Assembly: GCA_035470985.1 (NCBI GenBank)
Contig: DATIQI010000178.1
Coordinates: forward strand, 1 to 36,091
From: Acidobacteriota bacterium
GTDB lineage: Bacteria; Eisenbacteria; RBG-16-71-46; SZUA-252
Reading direction: 5' to 3'
DNA length: 36,091 bases
Part shown: piece after piece, positions 11,389-21,467 of the stretch
Numbering within the stretch: the stretch's first letter is position 1
Layout: each line of letters starts with the position of its first letter
Translations under genes and position numbers: made by a program
The notes under the pieces: model-generated
The model's database searches: none
Seen by the model: only the letters and a program-made list of their open reading frames with translations
Told to the model about the DNA's origin: nothing

Positions 11389-12825
11389 ATGAGAATACTT
11401 GAACGATACGTCCTCCGCGAGCACGTCTTCCCGTTCCTGATCGGGTTCAGCGTCGTCGTGTTCCTGCTGACGCTCGACTTTCTGTTCGATCTGGTCGATC
11501 TGGCCATCGGGAAAGGCGTCAGCCTGACCATCGTGCTCGAGCTCTTCGTCCTCTCGCTCGGGTACATGGTGGCGCTCGCCTTTCCCTGCGCGGTCCTCAT
11601 CGCGACGCTCGCGGCCTTCGGCCGGCTCTCGCAGGACAACGAGATCGCGGCCATGCGGGCCACCGGCGTGAATCTGCTTCGCGTCATCGGAGCCCCGTTC
11701 GGCGCCGCGCTCGCCCTGGCGGGCCTCCTCGTCCTCTTCAACAACCACGTGCTCCCCGAGTCGAACCACGCGCTCGCGAATCTCATGGCCGACGTCGGCC
11801 GCAAGCGCCCCACCGCCCAGATCAGCGAAGGCGTCTTCATCGACGCCTTCGAGGGCTACAACATCTTCGTCGAGAAGGTGAACAACCGGACGAACGAGAT
11901 CCGGGGCGTGAAGATCTACCAGCTGAGCAGCACCGCCCGACCGACGACCATCCTGGCCGAGTGGGGCGTGATCCACAATTCCCCCGACGGCCGGGTGATG
12001 ACGCTCGAGCTGCACGACGGCGAGATCCACGAAGTGCCGCCGAACGACGCCGAGCGGATCTACCGGCGTCTCATGTTCAAGACGCATCTCATCAATATTC
12101 GGACGCCCGGGGCCGATCTGGAGCGGCGGGACCGGGTCGCCCGCGGCGACCGGGAGATGAACCTGACCATGATGCAGGACGCCATCCGAAAGCTCCGCAC
12201 CGACTTGGCCCAGGCGAAGGGGACCCGGGACCGGATCCTGGAGGGGGCCGGATTCGACTCCTATGAGTCCTTCGTGAAGGCCGCGATCCCCAACCCGCCC
12301 CCCCGCGGGGTGCAGGCCTGGCTCCGAAACGCCCTGCGGGCCCTGGGGTCGGTCGGCGTGATCGCGACCGGGCGGAGCGACCGGGGACGCGAGAGCACCG
12401 CCGTGCCGGTGATCGCCCCCGCCACGATGGACCTGATTCAAATGCGGCAGCTCGAGATCGACGCCTTGGAGCGCCGCCGGAACAGCCTGGAGGTGGAGGT
12501 GCAGAAGAAGTTCTCGATTCCCGCCGCGTGCCTCGTCTTCGTCCTCGTGGGGGCGCCGCTCGGCATGCGCGGGCGAAAGAGCGGCTTCGGGGTGGCGTTC
12601 CTCTCGATCCTCTTCTTCGTCTTCTACTACCTCTGCCTCGCGGGCGGCGAGGAGCTGGCGGACCGGCGGATCCTCACGCCCTGGTTCGCCATGTGGGTTC
12701 CGAACCTCGTGATCGGCGCGATCGGCTTCTGGCTGACGCTTCGCGCGGCGGAGCTGGTCCCGCGGCGCCCGCGCCGCCTCCGCGCCCGTCGCGGGCGCCG
12801 GGCCGCGCCGGCGGTCCCCGCGTGA
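11389..12825 (+). CDS. lptF: LptF/LptG-family (YjgP/YjgQ) lipopolysaccharide export permease
   Basis: The N-terminus MRILERYVLREHVFPFLIGFSVVVFLLTLDFL is the hallmark start of the family. It has three N-terminal TM segments, a large periplasmic insert and a C-terminal TM block (KKFSIPAACLVFVLVGAPLG...). It is paired with a second family member downstream. Confidence 0.85.
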   Translation: MRILERYVLREHVFPFLIGFSVVVFLLTLDFLFDLVDLAIGKGVSLTIVLELFVLSLGYMVALAFPCAVLIATLAAFGRLSQDNEIAAMRATGVNLLRVIGAPFGAALALAGLLVLFNNHVLPESNHALANLMADVGRKRPTAQISEGVFIDAFEGYNIFVEKVNNRTNEIRGVKIYQLSSTARPTTILAEWGVIHNSPDGRVMTLELHDGEIHEVPPNDAERIYRRLMFKTHLINIRTPGADLERRDRVARGDREMNLTMMQDAIRKLRTDLAQAKGTRDRILEGAGFDSYESFVKAAIPNPPPRGVQAWLRNALRALGSVGVIATGRSDRGRESTAVPVIAPATMDLIQMRQLEIDALERRRNSLEVEVQKKFSIPAACLVFVLVGAPLGMRGRKSGFGVAFLSILFFVFYYLCLAGGEELADRRILTPWFAMWVPNLVIGAIGFWLTLRAAELVPRRPRRLRARRGRRAAPAVPA

Positions 12826-13904
12826 AGATCCTCGACCGCTACGTCCTGCGGGAGACCCTGACGGCGCTCTTCGCGGGGCTCCTCTTCTTCGTCGCGGTCT
12901 TCATCGTGGTCGACATCTTCGAGAAGATCGACACGTACCTCGACAATCAGGTGCCGGTGGGCACGGTGCTCTCCTTCTACCTCATGAGCATCCCCGGCAT
13001 CGCGCTCCTCGTCCTCCCGATGGCGACTCTTCTCTCCTGCCTCCTCGCCCTGGGCCAGCTCGGCCGGACGAACGAGCTGAACGCCATGAGGACCGCGGGG
13101 TTCGGCCCCGGGCGGATCGCCGCGCCCCTGATCGGCATGGCGGCGCTCCTGAGCGGCGCGGCGTTCGTGGTGAACGAGGTGGTCCTTCCCGACCTGAACG
13201 CGAAGCGGCTCACGCTCTATCGCGTGGAGATCAAGAAGGAGGGCTCCGAGGGCGCGCAGGTCCGGTCCAATCTCGCCTACCTCGGGAGCGGCGGCCGGAC
13301 GTTTCTCATCCGGACGTACGACATCGCCCACCGCGAAATGCGGGAGGTCGTGATCCAGGAAGTGCACGACAACACGCTCGTCGGCCGGATCGACGCCGCC
13401 ACCGCGCGCTGGGAGAACGACCGGTGGATCTTCCGGAACGGCTACACGCGCCGCTTCGACGCGGGGGGCGAGACCGCCGCGCGCTTCACGGAGCTGACGA
13501 TCCCGGGCCTTCAGGAGGGGCCGGCCGACTTCGCCGAGGCGGAGGAGGATCCGAAGGCGCTCTCCTACTGGGAGCTGGAGCACTACATCGGACGGCTGAA
13601 ACAGAGCGGGAGCCGCGTGCAGCGCTACCTGGTCGAGCTCTACTTGAAGATCTCGTTCCCGCTCACGAATCTCATCGTGGTGGTCATCGGAGTGGCGCTC
13701 GCGCTCCGGAACCGGCGCGGCGGGCTCGCCCTCGCGTTCGGGCTCTCGGTCTTCATCTCGTTCCTCTACTACGCGGCGATCCGGACGGGGCAGGCGCTGG
13801 GACACAACGGCGCGCTTCCGCCCTTGCTGGGGGCGTGGCTGGGAAACCTCATCTTCGGAGCGCTGGCGCTGGAGCTCTTCCGGCGGGCGCGGCGGGGAGG
13901 CTAA
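12822..13904 (+). CDS. lptG: LptF/LptG-family lipopolysaccharide export permease
   Basis: The GTG start overlaps the lptF stop (GTGA). The protein begins VKILDRYVLRETLTALFAGLLFFVAVFIVVD, has a periplasmic beta-jellyroll-like middle and ends with a TM block (ISFPLTNLIVVVIGVALAL...). Confidence 0.85.
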   Translation: MKILDRYVLRETLTALFAGLLFFVAVFIVVDIFEKIDTYLDNQVPVGTVLSFYLMSIPGIALLVLPMATLLSCLLALGQLGRTNELNAMRTAGFGPGRIAAPLIGMAALLSGAAFVVNEVVLPDLNAKRLTLYRVEIKKEGSEGAQVRSNLAYLGSGGRTFLIRTYDIAHREMREVVIQEVHDNTLVGRIDAATARWENDRWIFRNGYTRRFDAGGETAARFTELTIPGLQEGPADFAEAEEDPKALSYWELEHYIGRLKQSGSRVQRYLVELYLKISFPLTNLIVVVIGVALALRNRRGGLALAFGLSVFISFLYYAAIRTGQALGHNGALPPLLGAWLGNLIFGALALELFRRARRGG

Positions 13905-14653
13905 AGGCCGCGGTAGGCGTCGCTACCGCGCACGATCCGGCCGTCCCTGAGGAGCGGGACGATCGGCACCGAGTCGACCGCCGCGCAGACCGGCAGGTCC
14001 TCCTCGAATCCCAGCTCGATCAGATAGCGGCCGTGGTCGCTCCTCCGGAGAATCGTCTCCGGGTCGTGACCGTGGAGCCGGTCGTACGCCGCGGCCAGCT
14101 CGGCCGAGTCGTTCATCGCGGGCTCCTCGCCGGTGGCGCAGCGCTCCACGATGCGGCGGATCAGGGCGCCGGCGCAGGCCGTGTCCTCCAGCGAGACGCG
14201 TCCGTTCCGCCCGGCGCAGACGACGACCAGGTCGGAGCCGTCGGCGCAGACCGCGTCGGTCGCCGCGCTCAGGTTCACGTACGACAGGAGCCTCTGCTCG
14301 CGGCCCACCAGGAGCCCGCTCATGAGGGGGCTCGCGTTCGTGGAAGCGAAGACGAGCGTCTTCCCCTCCACGCGGCCCGCCTCGTACTCGCGCGGGGAGT
14401 TGCCGAGATCGAACCCGCTCACCTTCGCGCCGTCCCGTTCCCCGCAGAGGAGCCTCTGCTTGGGATCGAGCGTCTGGGCGAGCCGGGTCGCTTCCTCCAC
14501 GCTCCCAACCGGGATCACCTTCGCCGCGCCGCGGCGAAGCGCGTGCGCGAGCGTGGTGCAGGAGCGGAGCACGTCCACGACCACGATCTGGCGGTGATCG
14601 AGCGGCGCGCGCTCCGCCGCGCGCGGCGTGAGGTAGAGGTCGAGCCGCTTCAC
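13901..14653 (-). CDS. comB: 2-phosphosulfolactate phosphatase family protein (ComB-like)
   Basis: The GTG start overlaps the accC stop (GTGA). The sequence reads [10 protein letters not shown]...[18 protein letters not shown]...[10 protein letters not shown]...LLCGERDG...GFDLGNSP, which is typical of the ComB family. The rest of track ORF 13901..15718 is the out-of-frame shadow of accC. Confidence 0.8.
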   Translation of the reverse strand: MKRLDLYLTPRAAERAPLDHRQIVVVDVLRSCTTLAHALRRGAAKVIPVGSVEEATRLAQTLDPKQRLLCGERDGAKVSGFDLGNSPREYEAGRVEGKTLVFASTNASPLMSGLLVGREQRLLSYVNLSAATDAVCADGSDLVVVCAGRNGRVSLEDTACAGALIRRIVERCATGEEPAMNDSAELAAAYDRLHGHDPETILRRSDHGRYLIELGFEEDLPVCAAVDSVPIVPLLRDGRIVRGSDAYRGL

Positions 14654-16008
14654 GCTTCGGCCGGGGCGGCGCTCAGGAAGGCGTCGAGATAACCGGTGTG
14701 GATGTCGCCCCGCCGGAACGCCGGGTCGACCAGGATGCGCCGGTGCAGCGGGATGGTCGTCTCGATCCCCTCGATGACGATCTCGAGGAGCGCGCGGTTC
14801 ATGCGCGCCATCGACTCCTCGCGGTTCGCGCCCCAGCAGATGATCTTCGCGACCATCGAGTCGTAATGGGGCGGCACGACGTAGCCGGAGTAGAGATGGC
14901 TGTCCACGCGGACGCCGGGGCCGCCGGGGGCGTGGAAGTACTTCACCAGCCCGGGCGAGGGGCGGAAGTTCCGTTCGGCGCTCTCCGCGTTCACGCGGCA
15001 CTCGAGCGCGTGGCCCTGGAAGGCGATCTCCGGCTGCTTCCAGGGGAGCGGATCGCCCGCCGTCACGGCGATCTGGGCCTTGATCAGGTCGAGCCGCGTC
15101 ACCTCTTCGGTGACCGGATGCTCCACCTGGATCCGCGTGTTCATCTCCATGAAGTAGAACTCGCCGTTCGGGGCGAGGAGGAACTCGATCGTGCCGGTGC
15201 TCTGGTAGCCGATGGCGGACGCCGCGCGGACCGCGGCCTCGCCCATGGCCGCCCGCAACTCGGTCGTGAGCGCCGGGCTGGGCGATTCCTCGATCAGCTT
15301 CTGGTGGCGGCGTTGGATGGAGCATTCGCGCTCGCCCAGGTGGACGACGTTCCCGTGCTTGTCGCCGATGATCTGCACCTCGATGTGGCGCGGCCGCTCC
15401 ACGTAGCGCTCCAGGTAGACCTGGCCCGAACCGAAATTGGCCTCCGCCTCCGCCTGCGCCGTGAGGACTCCGTTTCGAAGCGCGGGCTCGTCCCACGCGA
15501 CCCGCATCCCCTTCCCGCCGCCGCCCGCCGCCGCCTTGATGATGACGGGATAGCCGAGCGCCTTCGCGGTCTCCACCGCTTCGTCGGCCGAGTGGAGGAT
15601 CCCCTCGCTCCCGGGCGTCACGGGAACGCCCGCCTCCACGGCGGTCTTCCGCGCCACGGCCTTGTCGCCCATCGTCCGGATCTGTTCGGACGTCGGCCCG
15701 ATGAAGGTGATGTGGCACGACTCGCAGATCTCCGCGAAGTGCGCGTTCTCGGAGAGGAAGCCGTATCCGGGGTGGATGGCGTCGGCCGCGGTCACCTCGG
15801 CGGCGCTGATGATGCGGGGAATGTTCAGGTAGGACTGCGACGAGGGCGCGGGGCCAATGCAGACCGCCTCGTCGGCCAAGCGGACGTGCAGCGAGTCCCG
15901 GTCGGCCTCGGAGTAGACCGCGACGGTCCGGATGCCGAGTTCGCGCGCGGCACGGACCACCCGGAGGGCGATCTCGCCTCGGTTCGCGACGAGGATCTTC
16001 TGGAACAT
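14650..16008 (-). CDS. accC: Acetyl-CoA carboxylase, biotin carboxylase subunit
   Basis: [42 protein letters not shown]...[19 protein letters not shown]...[14 protein letters not shown] gives full-length similarity to AccC. Confidence 0.97.
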   Translation of the reverse strand: MFQKILVANRGEIALRVVRAARELGIRTVAVYSEADRDSLHVRLADEAVCIGPAPSSQSYLNIPRIISAAEVTAADAIHPGYGFLSENAHFAEICESCHITFIGPTSEQIRTMGDKAVARKTAVEAGVPVTPGSEGILHSADEAVETAKALGYPVIIKAAAGGGGKGMRVAWDEPALRNGVLTAQAEAEANFGSGQVYLERYVERPRHIEVQIIGDKHGNVVHLGERECSIQRRHQKLIEESPSPALTTELRAAMGEAAVRAASAIGYQSTGTIEFLLAPNGEFYFMEMNTRIQVEHPVTEEVTRLDLIKAQIAVTAGDPLPWKQPEIAFQGHALECRVNAESAERNFRPSPGLVKYFHAPGGPGVRVDSHLYSGYVVPPHYDSMVAKIICWGANREESMARMNRALLEIVIEGIETTIPLHRRILVDPAFRRGDIHTGYLDAFLSAAPAEA

Positions 16009-16033
16009 GCGCGGCGCCGCGTCCCCCGGCCGT

Positions 16034-17152
16034 CTACGCCGACTCGGGCTTCGCTTCGAACGACTTCCAGCTCTCGTCCGAGGTCGCGTGGATTCCCTTC
16101 AGCCGCAGCTCGAACTCGGTCGGATTCGACGCGTACCGGAGCGCGTTCTCCATCGAGATCTTCCCCTCGGTGTAGAAGCGCATGATCGACTGGTCGAACG
16201 TCTGCATCCCGTACTGGGAGACGCCGTCCGCGATGGCCGAGGGAATGAGCGTCGTCTTCTCCGAGTCCCGCAGGTACTCGCGGATGGTCGCGGTGACGAG
16301 CATCACCTCGCAGGCCGGCACGCGACCCTCGATGTCGGAGCGCGGCACGAGCCGGAGCGCGATCACCGCCTGGAGGGTTCCCGCGAGGAGGTAGCGGATC
16401 TCGTCGTGCTGGTGCGGCGGGAAGAAGGAGATGATCCGGTTCACCGTCTGCGCCGCGTCGATCGTGTGGAGCGTGGAGAAGACGAGGTGCCCCGTGTCGG
16501 CGGCCATGAGCGCCGTGCGCATCGTTTCCGCGTCCCGGATCTCGCCGATCATAATGACGTCGGGGTCCTGGCGGAGGATGTGCTTCAGACCCTCGTGAAA
16601 GGTCTCCGTGTCGAGCCCGACCTCGCGCTGGGAGATGCACGACTTCTTGTCGCGGAAGAGGAACTCGACCGGGTCCTCGATCGTGATGATGTTCTTCGCC
16701 TCGCGGCGGTTGATGATGTCGATCATGGCGGCCAGCGTCGTCGACTTCCCCGACCCGACCGTGCCGCAGACGAGGACCAGCCCGCGCGGGCGCGCGGCGA
16801 TCTCCTCGATCGCCTCGGGGAGGCTCAACTCCTCGAAGGCCGGGACCGTGGCCGGCACCTGCCGGAAGACCATGGCGGTGGTGCCGCGCTGCTGGTAGAA
16901 GTTCGTCCGGAACCGGGCGAGACCGGTGACGCCGAAGGCGAAGTCGACCTCCTTCGTCTCCTCGAAGATCCGCTTCTGCTTCGGCGTGAGGATCTGGTCC
17001 ACCACGGTCTCGAGATCGGCCTGCGAGGGGGCCGGCTCGTCGATCACGACGAGGGCGCCGTTCACGCGCGCGATCGGCTTCGTGCCGACCTTCACGTGGA
17101 GGTCCGACGCCTTCAACTCGACCACCTTCTGCAGCACTCGCTTGACGTTCAT
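16034..17152 (-). CDS. pilT: PilT-family type IV pilus retraction ATPase
   Basis: ASDLHVKVG is present, followed by Walker [11 protein letters not shown], an Asp box [10 protein letters not shown], Walker [13 protein letters not shown] and a His box [10 protein letters not shown]. The C-terminal block ATIREYLRD is of the PilT type. GGGAGG lies 6 nt upstream of the ATG. Confidence 0.9.
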   Translation of the reverse strand: MNVKRVLQKVVELKASDLHVKVGTKPIARVNGALVVIDEPAPSQADLETVVDQILTPKQKRIFEETKEVDFAFGVTGLARFRTNFYQQRGTTAMVFRQVPATVPAFEELSLPEAIEEIAARPRGLVLVCGTVGSGKSTTLAAMIDIINRREAKNIITIEDPVEFLFRDKKSCISQREVGLDTETFHEGLKHILRQDPDVIMIGEIRDAETMRTALMAADTGHLVFSTLHTIDAAQTVNRIISFFPPHQHDEIRYLLAGTLQAVIALRLVPRSDIEGRVPACEVMLVTATIREYLRDSEKTTLIPSAIADGVSQYGMQTFDQSIMRFYTEGKISMENALRYASNPTEFELRLKGIHATSDESWKSFEAKPESA

Positions 17153-17170
17153 CCCTGCCTCCCGCGCCGC

Positions 17171-17643
<473 letters not shown>

Positions 17644-17647
<4 letters not shown>

Positions 17648-18108
17648 GTCCGTCCACCTCGCTTGCGGCCGCCCCCCAGCCGCGCGTGGAGCGCTCGCAA
17701 CGCGAGCTCGTAGCCGGCCGGGCCGAAACCCATGACGACGCCCGTCGCGGCCGGAGCCGTGAGGTTCGTCTGGCGCTCGCGGTCGCGCGCGTACAGGTTG
17801 GAGAGATGCACCTCCACGACCGGGATCGTCATGGCGCGGAGCGTGTCCGCGATGGCGAGGCTCGTGTGCGTGAGCGCTCCGGGGTTCAGGACCACCCCGT
17901 CCGCCTCGTCCATGGCGATCTGGAGCCGGTCGATGAGGGCTCCTTCGTGATTGCTCTGGAACGACGCCACCTGGAGACCGAGCGCCTCGCCGAGCGCGGC
18001 GAGGCGCTCGTCGATCTTCGCGAGGGTCTCGCGGCCGTAGATCTTCGGCTCGCGGCGTCCGAGCAGATTCAGGTTCGGACCGTGAAGCACCCAGACGGAG
18101 CGGGCCAT
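17644..18108 (-). CDS. aroQ: Type II 3-dehydroquinate dehydratase
   Basis: [25 protein letters not shown]...[10 protein letters not shown]...[13 protein letters not shown]...P.VEVHLSN are canonical AroQ motifs. The start overlaps the stop of the upstream TPR gene (ATGA). Confidence 0.95.
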
Positions 18109-19217
18109 CAGGATCCGCCGCCGCCGAGATTGCGGAGCCACGTTTCGAACGCGTTCCGGTTGCCGGGCGCGGGCGGCTCGGCCACGGGCGGATCGGGAGC
18201 GCGAAGCGACGGTTTCGGGCGGGGGCTCGGGCTCGCCGCCGGGACCGCCGCCGGGACCGCCGCCGGGACCGCGACCCCCGACTCGGCGCGCGCTTCGTCT
18301 CCGCGCTCCGACCAGATGGCCGAGCGCGACGGGCTGCCGACTCCCGCGGGCTCGACTTCGCCTAGCGGCCTCGCCTCGATCGGGCGGAGCGCCACTTCCA
18401 GACGCTCCAGCGCGCTCTCCTGGAACTCGCCGACGTCGATCCCGCCGAGGCGATCCTCGAACGGATCGGTGGGCGGGCGATGCGCGAACGACGACGTCGA
18501 CGACGCGACCGGCGCCGGGGCGGCCGGCTCGATCTCTTCCGAGCGGATGAAGATCTCCTCCTCGGCCGGCTCGGCGACGTCGGGCGCGAGCGGCGCGGAG
18601 GCGGCGGCGGAAGCGGCGGAAGCGGCGAGACCCGCGGCCGCTTCCGACGTCGAGGGGCGAAGGAGTCCCTCCGCGTGGGTCTCCAGGGTCCGGAGTCCCA
18701 GGGCCAGCTCGGGGAGGTAGTCCTCCTCGCGCGTCAGCCGGACGGGCTGCCACCCCAGATCGCCCTGCCCCACGATCACCTCCGCGGGCCGGACCTCGGG
18801 GTAATCGCCCGACGTGATCTGATGGAGCGCGGTCTGCGACTCGAGGTCGCCCGGATCGACGCGGCAGACGGCGCGGTAGAGATCGGCGGCGTCGGCGTGG
18901 AGTCCCTCGTGGGAGAGGATTCCGGCGAGCGACTTCAGCGCGATGACGTTCTCGCGGTCGAGATCGAGGGCGGCGCGGAATTCGGCGCGCGCTTCGGTGA
19001 GGCGACCGTCGGCGAGGTAGCAGCGGCCGAGGACGATGTGGTCGCCGACGCCCCGCCCGGGCCTCACGCGCCGCTCCTCGCAAAGGCGGATCGCCTCGGC
19101 CGTCGAGCCGCGGGCGAGCAACTTCTCGGCGAGCGGCAGGTAGAACGCCGTCGTCGGATCCTGCGCGACGATTTCTTCCAGGGATACGGCTGCGCCGTGG
19201 AGTGCTTCCGTGCTCAT
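18108..19217 (-). CDS. TPR-repeat protein with a long Ala/Pro/Ser/Glu-rich disordered C-terminal half
   Basis: The N-terminal ~130 aa have TPR-like helical pairs (AEAIRLCEE..., [49 protein letters not shown]). The remainder is low complexity, including [14 protein letters not shown] do not recognise a specific family. Confidence 0.6.
   Translation of the reverse strand: MSTEALHGAAVSLEEIVAQDPTTAFYLPLAEKLLARGSTAEAIRLCEERRVRPGRGVGDHIVLGRCYLADGRLTEARAEFRAALDLDRENVIALKSLAGILSHEGLHADAADLYRAVCRVDPGDLESQTALHQITSGDYPEVRPAEVIVGQGDLGWQPVRLTREEDYLPELALGLRTLETHAEGLLRPSTSEAAAGLAASAASAAASAPLAPDVAEPAEEEIFIRSEEIEPAAPAPVASSTSSFAHRPPTDPFEDRLGGIDVGEFQESALERLEVALRPIEARPLGEVEPAGVGSPSRSAIWSERGDEARAESGVAVPAAVPAAVPAASPSPRPKPSLRAPDPPVAEPPAPGNRNAFETWLRNLGGGGS
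18235..18270. repeat. Perfect 12-bp tandem repeat x3 (gccgccgggacc), in-frame within the TPR gene
   Basis: Three identical consecutive 12-mers encode (AVPA)n on the minus strand. Confidence 0.85.
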
Positions 19218-19226
19218 GCGCCTCCT

Positions 19227-20333
19227 CTAACTGCCGCGGACCAAGCTGTCCACCACCCGTTCGAGGGGGGTAAGCGACGGCAATGCAATCACTTTAGCCT
19301 TGCCGATCGCGGGGCACAATACCACTCGCACGCCCGCGCGTCCACGCTTCTTGTCCCGTAGGATCGCCTTCCAGAAGGAGGGTTTCACGCGCCGTCGAAG
19401 CGACGTCGGGAGTCCGAGCCGCTTCAGGAGCGCCACCACGCGGATGGCGTCCAGCGGATCGAGACCCGCGTCGATCACGCTCAACTCGAGCGCGGCCACC
19501 ATCCCGACCGCGACCGCCTCCCCGTGATGGAACCGCCGGTAGCCCTCGGACGCCTCCAGCGCGTGCCCCACCGTGTGACCGAAGTTGAGGACGCGCCGAA
19601 CGCCCTGGTCCCGCTCGTCGCGCGAGACGAACCACGCCTTCGAGACCGCGCAGGCGTGGACCAGCGGGGCGACCGCGCGCGGATCGAGCGCGCGGCCGCG
19701 GCGGGCGAGCGCCATGAGGCGCGTGAGAATGCTCGGGTCGCGGACGACGCCCATCTTCACCACCTCGGCCAGGCCGGAGCGGATCGCCCGCTTCGGAAGC
19801 GTGCGCAGCGCGTCGGGATCGGCGTAGACCGCGCGGGGATGGTGGAACGCTCCGACCAGGTTCTTCCCCGCGCGGAGGTTCACGCCCGTCTTCCCGCCGA
19901 TGGCGGCGTCGGCCTGCGCGAGGAGCGTGGTCGGGACCGCCACCCACGCGAGGCCGCGGCCGAACGCGGAGGCCGCGAAGCCGGCGACGTCGGAAACCAC
20001 CCCGCCGCCGAGCGCCACCACCACCGCGCTCTTCCCGAGACCGTCGCGCGCCCACGACTCGAAGAGGCGCGCCGCCACCGCCAGGTCCTTCGACGGCTCC
20101 CCCGGGGCGACCGTGTAGCGGCGCACGTCGCACCCCGCGGCGCGAAGGCTCCTCTCCACGCGGGCGGCGTAGAGGCGTCCGACGTTCCGGTCGGTCACCA
20201 GCGCGACGCTCGTCCCGGGCGCGAGCCCGATGTCGCGCTTCAGGCGGGGGCCGACGCGGCCGAGCAGACCGCGCTCCACGCGCACCTGGTAGCGCTGCGG
20301 CCGGCCGGGGATGGTGACGGGAATGGTCTTCAT
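19227..20333 (-). CDS. aroB: 3-dehydroquinate synthase
   Basis: From the internal ATG the sequence reads MKTIPVTIPGRPQRYQVRVERGLL...VVALGGGVVSDVAGFAASAFGRGL..VAVPTTLLAQADAAIGGKTGVN...NFGHTVGHALE...HGEAVAVGM, which are AroB signature blocks. The upstream part of track ORF 19227..21380 is a shadow of the neighbouring gene. Confidence 0.95.
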   Translation of the reverse strand: MKTIPVTIPGRPQRYQVRVERGLLGRVGPRLKRDIGLAPGTSVALVTDRNVGRLYAARVERSLRAAGCDVRRYTVAPGEPSKDLAVAARLFESWARDGLGKSAVVVALGGGVVSDVAGFAASAFGRGLAWVAVPTTLLAQADAAIGGKTGVNLRAGKNLVGAFHHPRAVYADPDALRTLPKRAIRSGLAEVVKMGVVRDPSILTRLMALARRGRALDPRAVAPLVHACAVSKAWFVSRDERDQGVRRVLNFGHTVGHALEASEGYRRFHHGEAVAVGMVAALELSVIDAGLDPLDAIRVVALLKRLGLPTSLRRRVKPSFWKAILRDKKRGRAGVRVVLCPAIGKAKVIALPSLTPLERVVDSLVRGS

Positions 20334-20341
20334 GGGCGGCG

Positions 20342-21361
20342 TCAACCTCCTCGCGCGGGCGCGATCGTCTCCGCGATCGCGTGGAGCTCGCGGAGATAGG
20401 GAAGCTTCGGACGGCCGGGCGCGAAGACGGCCAGATCGACCTGGATCCTCATCGTTCCCTTCGTCACCTCGTAGTAGCGATAGGGGCCGGCGGCGCTGAC
20501 GGCCGCGTCCTCCCAGCGGCCGTGCGACTGCCGCGTGGCGCCCGACATGACGTCGGGCGAGAGGAGCGGCTCGGAGACGTCGAGCGTCCGCTCGTCGGGC
20601 CGGAAGATCCGCGCCAGCGCCTCGCGCGCCGCGCGGACGTCCACCGGCGGCGGCTCGCCCGTGACGCGAAGGCGAAGGAGGCGCGCCGGGGGCCCCTCCT
20701 CGATCAGGAGCGCCGCGTGGCGCCCCCGGTCGAGGTGGAGGTGCATCCCGCGCGGCACGCGAAGCGCGACGCCGAGCGCCTCCTCCAGTTCGCGCTCGAT
20801 CGCCTCCGCCCGCGGGAGCGCGAGGAGTCGCTCGCGCACGCCCGCGAACGTCGCGCGGTCGAGCGCCTGGAAGAGTCGGTTTTGCGACGACGTGACGGCG
20901 GGAATCCACGCCTCCCGCGTCTCGGTCCAGACGAGGCCCGCGGTCTGGCCCCGGAGCCAGACGTCGGGCGTGAAGACGTAGGGGGCCGCGCCTTCGCCCG
21001 CGCCCTCGCCTTTCGCGTGCTTCGCGGCCGCTTCGTGCGCGCGCGCGGCCCACGCCGCGTGAAGCCGGCGGAACGGCTTCGGAATGGCGCGGGCTCCGCC
21101 GTAGCCGACGAGCACGACGTTCCGCGCCCGGTAGGCGCGCGCGTCGTCGGGCCCCACGGTGCGCACGACGTAGGCGGTCTCGTCGTCGATGCGGATGGCG
21201 GTCCGCTCCACGATGGCGCGGAGGAGGAGGATCTCGGGGGCGTCGGGCGGGAGCGAAGTCACGAGGGTCAGCTCGCGGCTCGACCCCTCGGCGAAGGGAC
21301 GGCCGCCGCACGAAACGGCGAACATGAGGATGAGCGTGGCGGCGAGGAGCCGGAGAGGCAT
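20342..21361 (-). CDS. Hypothetical lipoprotein (possibly DUF4837-like)
   Basis: It has a signal peptide with a lipobox (MPLRLLAATLILMFAVSCGG). The stop is 8 nt before the aroB start. The C-terminal GRWED...GPYRYYE...FAPGRPK..YLREL pattern is reminiscent of the bacteroidetal DUF4837 lipoprotein family. That family call is from memory and unverified. Confidence 0.6.
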   Translation of the reverse strand: MPLRLLAATLILMFAVSCGGRPFAEGSSRELTLVTSLPPDAPEILLLRAIVERTAIRIDDETAYVVRTVGPDDARAYRARNVVLVGYGGARAIPKPFRRLHAAWAARAHEAAAKHAKGEGAGEGAAPYVFTPDVWLRGQTAGLVWTETREAWIPAVTSSQNRLFQALDRATFAGVRERLLALPRAEAIERELEEALGVALRVPRGMHLHLDRGRHAALLIEEGPPARLLRLRVTGEPPPVDVRAAREALARIFRPDERTLDVSEPLLSPDVMSGATRQSHGRWEDAAVSAAGPYRYYEVTKGTMRIQVDLAVFAPGRPKLPYLRELHAIAETIAPARGG

Positions 21362-21467
21362 GACTATCGCAGGCTACCACACGCGTCGGGGAGCGGCCAG
21401 GAGACGGGGGGAGGATCCGGTCCCGCCACGCGGCGCGGGCGGGTGCGGCGCGACGCCGCGGAACGGC

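Noticed and set aside
11199-11840. An N-terminal extension of the sprA ORF (track start 11840, 2245 aa)
   Set aside because: The extension overlaps the lptF coding region on the opposite strand, and its sequence looks non-protein-like. A good signal peptide begins at the ATG at 11198.
13901-15718. Composite long minus-strand ORFs: 13901..15718, 17644..19083, 19227..21380, 22693..23829, 28793..29968, 29551..31374 and 30489..32630
   Set aside because: Only the 3' part of each matches a known family (comB, aroQ, aroB, anti-sigma, fabG, fabD, fabH). The 5' parts are out-of-frame overlaps of the upstream gene, with Arg/Pro/Gly-rich nonsense sequence. The true starts are internal and usually sit in a 4-nt overlap with the upstream stop.
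21362-21467. A possible terminator after the HtrA-like gene, formed by two GC hairpins (GCGGCG..CGCCGC and CCCGCC..GGCGGG on the minus strand)
   Set aside because: The stems are short and no T-tract follows either one. This is not sufficient to call an intrinsic terminator.
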